Of a stretch of DNA of 64,000 nucleotides, positions 57,500 to 64,000 are shown in pieces. The stretch is from the human T2T-CHM13v2.0 reference genome, Homo sapiens. Location of the stretch: NCBI RefSeq assembly GCF_009914755.1, contig NC_060933.1, one strand, 5' to 3'. Under the pieces are notes generated by a model. That model was given only the letters and a program-made list of their open reading frames with translations, was not told the DNA's origin and ran no database searches. Position numbers and translations under genes: made by a program. The stretch's first letter is position 1, and the number at the start of each line of letters is the position of its first letter.

Positions 57500-58787
57500 G
57501 AAAATGAAGTTACAGCTTTGGAGAGAGTTCTGTGTGAAGGCATATTTTGAGGCATCATGAAAATATAGTTGAGTGTTGAAACTGGGGAATGCTAAGCAAA
57601 GAACCAGGAGTGTAAACCATGAAAAACTTTTAAAAACATTCATATTTAAAATCTGAGGGTGAAAAAGAAGCCATCGGGTATCTGGAGAAGAATCAGAAGT
57701 GTGAATTCAGTATGGTTCGAAGCCAGGGTCAAAGGACATAAGGAGATCCTGATGATGAAAATGCAGCAATCAGATGAGGGCCACACATTAAGTATGAGAG
57801 TTCTGAGAGAGGACAGCGCACTTGACCAAAAGCTATTTGGTTGCTTTGTCTTCAGATAGTGAGAGCTAATCTTTAAAAGTAGAAGAGGAGGAGCTGGAGT
57901 TACTGGAAATGAATGAGAGACTGAGGGCCTTCCCACAGTTATAAGGACATGGTAGGCAGAGAGAAATTTCATGGAGGCATGACGTGTAGGAAAAAACAAG
58001 CTGGGAGGAAGGAAACGACAGATGGAGGTGAACATGACCAGAGATGCAGAGCAGTTCCTGCAAGACTGCCATGATCTTTCCCACACATTTGGAAGTGAGA
58101 GAAAGTAGGATTGAGAGACAGAGAAGAAAAATCAAATCATGTGTGGCCTCTGTGAGAGGGAGCTTATGGTTGCATGAAAGAGAAGTAAATGGCTTGTGGA
58201 GCTGCATTAATGGACAGACTGAATTTGTGTGAATCTGTAATAGGCTACGATAGGCCTAATTCTACCCTTTCCTCCCTTCAAGAGGAACAGAAGGTGAGAG
58301 AACAAGAGCTGAGACAGGTCCAAGGATTATCAGTGCATATGGTTGACTCTGAGGTGGGCAAACAAGGGAACTGTGAGTGGGAAAAATAAATCTCTAACAT
58401 CATAAAGATTAGAGGCCAAAGACAGGGATGTGTGTGATAGCCAAAAGGCACAGAGTGATGTCAATGTGAAGGCAGGCTAGAGTGATGACTGGTCTTAGTG
58501 GTGGCAGGCAGTGTGGATAGTGTCAGAGGGAAAGATCCCCAAAGCAAAGTAACATCCATTGATCAGAGCTAGTTTCCAGGCTACTGGTGAGTGGCTGTGC
58601 CATCACAGAAGGCAGAAAGTCAGGTGACAGACGGGTCGCATAGGTTTTCAACATGGAGATCAAAATCATTAAATGAGAAAGGACATGGATAGATTAGGCA
58701 TTAAAAAATAGAAGCCAGCAGCAGAAATGTTAGCAGCTATGCAGTGCAGTAATTTTATGTCATGCAATGGTAAATATTTCTCAAATA

Positions 58788-60515
58788 GAGTCATGTACTA
58801 CATTATGGCATTTTGGTCAACAACAGACCATGTATAGGATGGTCCCATAAGATTATAATGGAGCTGAAAATTTTCTATCACTTAGTGATGTCATAGCCAT
58901 CTTAATGTCATTGTGCAATGCATTACTCACATGTTTGTGGTGATCTTGGTGTAAACAGACCTACTATGCTGCCAGCTGTATAAAAGGATAGACCCTATGA
59001 TGACATACGGTACATAATACTTGATAAGAAATGATGATGTTACTAGTGTATGCATATACTGTACTTTTAATCGTTATTTTAGAGGTATTCCTTCTACTTA
59101 TTTTAAAAATGTTAACTGTAAACAGCCTCAGGCAGGTCCTTCAGGAGGTACCCAGAAGAAGGCACTGTTATCATAGGAGATGACAGCTCCATGCATGTTA
59201 TTGCCCCTGAAGACCTTCCAGTGGGACAAGATGTGGAGGTAAAAGACAGTGATATTGATGATCCTGACCCTGTGCAGGCCTAGGCTAATGTGTGTGCCTG
59301 TGTCTTAGTTTTTAATTAAAACATTTAAGAAGTAAAATAACATACTTTTTAATTGAAAAGGCCTAAGAATAAGGATATAAGGAAAGAAAGTATTTTTGTA
59401 CAGCTACGCAAACTGTTAGTATTTTAAGCTAAGGTTTATTACAAAAGAGTCAGGAAGTCAAACAATTTAAAAGTTTATAATGTAAAGAAATTAAAGCTGA
59501 CATTAATTTATCATTGAAAAAATAAAATTTTATAAATTTAGTATAGCCTAAGTATAAAGTGTTTATGAGGTCTAAAGTAGTGTATAGTAATGTCCTAGGC
59601 CTTCACATTCACTCACCACTCACCCACCGACTCACCCAGAGCAACTTCCAGTCCTGCGAGCTCCATTCATGGTGCATGCCCTATACAGGTATATCATTTT
59701 TAATCTTGGATACAGGAGTTTTACTGTGTATTTTCCATGTTTAAATACATTTAGATACACCAATATTTAACCGTTGTGTTACAGTTGCCTACAGTACCCA
59801 GTACTGTAACATGCTATACAGTTTTGTAGTCTAGGAAGAATGGGATAGACCAAGGATCCCCAACCCCTGGGCCATGGACGAGTACCAGTTTGTGGCCTGT
59901 TAGAACTGGGACACACAGCACAAGGTAAGTGGCATGCAAGAGAGCGAAGCTTCATCTGTATTTACAGCCACCTCCCATCACTTGCATTACCACCTGAGCT
60001 CCACCTCCTGTCACATTAGCATTGGCATTAAATTCTCACAGGAGCATGAACCCTGCTGTGAACTGTGCATGCGAGGGATCTAGATTGTGTACTCCTTATG
60101 AGAATCTAATGCCTTGTGATCGGTTTTTGTCTCCCAAAACCCCCAGATGGGACCTTCTAGTTGCAGGAAAACAAGCTCAGGGCTCCTACTGATTCTACAT
60201 TATGATGAGTTGTATAATTATTTCAATATATATTACAATGTAATGATAATATAAAGTGCACAATAAATGTAATGCTCTTGAATCATCCCAAAACCATCCC
60301 TGCCCCCCTACCCCTGGTCTATGGAAAAATTGTCTCCCACTAAACCCATCCCTGGTACCAAAAAGGTTGGGGACCTCTGGGTTACACAGCATAGCCTAGG
60401 CTATACCATCCAGGTTTGGGTAAGTATACTCTACAATGTTTGCACAATGACAAAATTGCCCAAGGATGCATGCATTTCTCAGAATGTATTCTCATCGTTA
60501 AATGACCTACGACTG
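58788..60515 (+). mobile_element. Tigger3 (Tigger3b/Golem-type) TcMar DNA transposon interrupted by MER1A
   Basis: Termini (g)agtcatgt...acgactg flanked by TA at 58786-58787 and 60516-60517; ggtcccataagattataatggagctgaaaa. Confidence 0.9.
59851..60379 (+). mobile_element. MER1A (hAT-Charlie) nested in Tigger3
   Basis: caaggatccccaaccc...aaggttggggacctctg TIRs, about 530 bp; degenerate 8-bp TSD ggatagac/ggttacac. Confidence 0.92.
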
Positions 60516-62998
60516 TACATTAAAGACCTAAGTTTTCACACATGTAAACAGAATCTTGAGTCATTCATGTATTAGGAAAACCTATCTTTTCACATACTTA
60601 AATATTCAACTTAAAGAAGGCCCAACTAATATTCTAAATATTCTAAAATATACTCAACCCAGGCCACAACCTTCACTGGGTTTGTAGATTTTTAGCTCTT
60701 GTTTTCCCTACCTTTAGGACTAGCACACTAAGGCTTGGTTTTTAGTCTCTTGGAGCGTCACATAGGGTTATCTTACATTGACTTTCATGAGGTTTTCATT
60801 TTCTGTTTACCTTACTTTCCTTAAACTATAGGGAGCTGTATTTTTGTTTTGTATTGAACAGAAAGGATTGCTCAAAGCCAAAAAAAAAAAAAAAGCTTCT
60901 AACAAAACTTCCTTTGCTAGCAGATGTTTTATACTGAACCAAGATACGATCTTAAACTGAGTACAAGCAAAAGCATTATTCAAGCTTAGTAGGTTTTAGG
61001 ATTTTTTTTCCTTCTAGATAAGATTTTTATCATACAGTACACTGTAGATAAAATATAATAAACCTATAAACCGTCACAATGGCAAGTGTAGCAATGTGTA
61101 CAAGGTATCACTGTTTTTTTATCAACAAGACCACACTTCAAAGAGGAATTCTTATGCATATGTCATAGTCTTTCACAACTTAAAATACAAGAGAAATAGA
61201 GCATATTACAGAAAGCGGGTGCATAAACTCAATATGTTTTGTTTTATTATAAACATAAATATTTTCCATAGTATAGTATAAAAGTATCTGAATAGAGTAA
61301 GTAATACAGTCAAGAAATTTGAAATGAAAGGGGGAGTAAAAACAAAATATAATTCTCTCACTTTTGTAAGATCTCAGGCAATTTAACTTTTTGTTCAAAC
61401 TCATCATTGTTTATTATTATCTAATAAGATTCCTGTCAGGATTTTAGACTAGTCCACATCAAAGATGTTTAAGAGTTAAAAAATCTGACATGTGACATTT
61501 GCAAATAATTACTTTAAAAATATTTTTTCTACTGTGGAAACCTCTAGAACCATATTTCTTTAGCATATTATATTTATGGCACTAGTAGTTAGAAGATATT
61601 TAAAGAAGTAATCACTAAAACGCAGGAAAATTCTGAGAAGATGAATAATATACCTGAGAGAAAATAGCAATTTTGTGAGATTCATTCCATTCTGAGAGTA
61701 TATTCTAACTAAACGTGACGCACAAATGTTACAGGATCCTTATCTATTTCAAAGTCATGAGCTCGCTGTTAAAAATGCCTGCCTCCACTCAGACAGGCAG
61801 GGATGTTTCTCTTACTTCAGCGGAGTTTCTTCTATTAAGTAATTAATCTATTTTATTCCCACAGTGACTCTCCAGCCACCATAGAACTTAGATGCTACAA
61901 ATTAACTTTTAACTCAAAATATTTTTAACATTTTAAAGAACAGTTTAAACTTTTATTAAATAGAAATTTCATGCATTACAATGATGAACTTGATTTATAG
62001 GGAATATTCAGAAGATATTGAACCTTGATTTTCCCTGGCTCTTTCCTATATTCTAGGTTTCTCCTGTTTTCAAGGAATTAACAGCCCAGTTTGGGAGAAA
62101 GAAGCAACACAACTGAAACAGAATAATTTGATGTGAAATGCAGTGTGCCAACTAAAAATGCATTACTGCTTCCAATATGGGAGACTGGGCTGGACCAGTC
62201 ACACTGGACCTAAAAGAATTGCTGGCACCAGTCGATTATTAAAACGGGCAGGGAAAAGAAAGGGGCCTCACCACTCACGATTGTAAAAGTGAACAGTCAA
62301 CAAGCAGTCATCCACTTGTCTGGCAAAACAGCAAGGTGTACACCACTTCCAAGGTCTCAGGCAGGGAGTGTCTCCTTATTCTCTCATTCTGGTCTGTGTT
62401 TGACTTTGCTTTGCTTTATTAGAAACCAAATTAAAATGCATACTATGTAAAATAAAATGGAAGAGTCACTATTGGCTGGTGAATTTGGACAGTTTAGATA
62501 ATTCTGAACAAATTAGATTTTGAGAAATGAAATTTACTCTGTAGAAACTGAAACTGTAACACAGAATGGTAAGGAAATCACAGACTCCATGTTTTTTCTG
62601 AAGGGGCAGGACGCTAACTTAGCCAGAGACTTCTGTGATTTGTAGGGGGCCAGCAGTGCTTTACTTGTCATACCAATCAAACATAACCTACATATATTCC
62701 CATCAGGAAATTTTCCATTCGGGGAATATTTTTCCACAAACATTCTGTTTAAACAAAATTTCAAAATCATAGTGAGACTTTCCTAATGAAATCTGCCTCC
62801 AAAAATAAGCAGTAAATGTTAGTGGTTCACATGACTGCAGGACCCACCATATGGCATTCACGTGCCTGAGATGCTGGTGTCCATCACTGGAGGAAACTGC
62901 TTAGTTGAAACTACCATGTTGGAAACCATCTACCAATAGAACATGATTGGTTTTACATTACACAATAAAAGGGGAGAACCTTATCATACATCCTTCTT

Positions 62999-63316
<318 letters not shown>

Positions 63317-64000
63317 TAGAAAGGGCTATCATCCCCAATGTATTTCAAATTCAATTCACTTGAAAGGGAATTTAATCTAGATATAATTCCCTAAGAATCC
63401 ATTTTTAGGAGGAAGCCTGTACTTTGTAAGTACTCTATTTGAAAGCCATGTGACTTGTAATACCTGACATGGGAACCCAAAACAAACACCCCAAGGTTGA
63501 ACGAATTTCTCAAAGTGTGTCTTATTGGATAGAAAGGAAGGAGATAGCATGGATACACAGTTCCCACTGAAGTCATGAGTAGCTGTGAGGATGTGCAGAT
63601 CCACCTAGGCCACATTCTCTCCCTGTTGCCAAAGAAATTCTTAATACTTTTTACTAAAAAGAAGAAAGCTTGTATCATATAAGATTTCTCTTTGTATAAA
63701 TCTTTTAAGATTTGAAATTTTTTGACCCCAGTTAAATCTTCTAAGTCCCAAGATTAGGCAGCTAGAGTACATAAAAAAGCGAATAGTTATTGAAGAGAGG
63801 CTCCTCACCTCCCCTCAAAATTCTAGCCTATTAGATTCTCTAATTATAGAATACAGGTACTATTTTAAGTGTTTGGCCTTTTAGTCGTAGGAGAAGTACG
63901 TTGCTAGGATAAAAGCAAATGGTTCCTGAAGGCTCTTGAGTGTTTATTTTCTTTATGATAATATAGTCACAAGGGATTGACAAGACTGCTCTAATTTGAG

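Noticed and set aside
57646-58389. 146-aa and 113-aa ORFs
   Set aside because: Purine-skewed and probably decayed L2 interior; no splice structure or recognisable protein.

Overview
Primate (very likely human) genomic DNA from inside the TRPM3 locus, which is transcribed from the - strand. The only coding sequence I can support is an alternative first coding exon at 4116-4292 (-). It encodes [10 protein letters not shown]...SVRLLK, which I recognise as the human TRPM3 N-terminus, and ends at a phase-0 GT donor. Its 5' leader and GC-rich promoter lie at about 4293-4950. The rest is intronic or upstream DNA filled with old and primate-age repeats: 14 Alus, L1PA/L1M, L2, L3, many MIRs, MLT1/MLT2/MER11 LTRs, DNA-transposon fossils (MADE1, Tigger3, MER1A, MER102, MER103) and microsatellites. 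There are no prokaryotic-type systems, and I found no convincing new gene. The most notable observations are: (1) a stack of upstream ORFs, including a perfect-Kozak out-of-frame AUG 5 nt before the TRPM3 AUG; (2) a perfect PBX-MEIS decamer in the promoter; (3) a TSD-flanked retro-insertion with no element body; (4) three 25-35 bp direct duplications, each 1.2-1.6 kb apart; (5) a MER11 solo LTR; (6) a twin-primed L1; (7) an unexplained exon-like or fossil-LINE-like block at 24.2-25.0 kb. Repeat family calls are by eye from remembered consensus sequences, so subfamily names and the boundaries of old elements are approximate.
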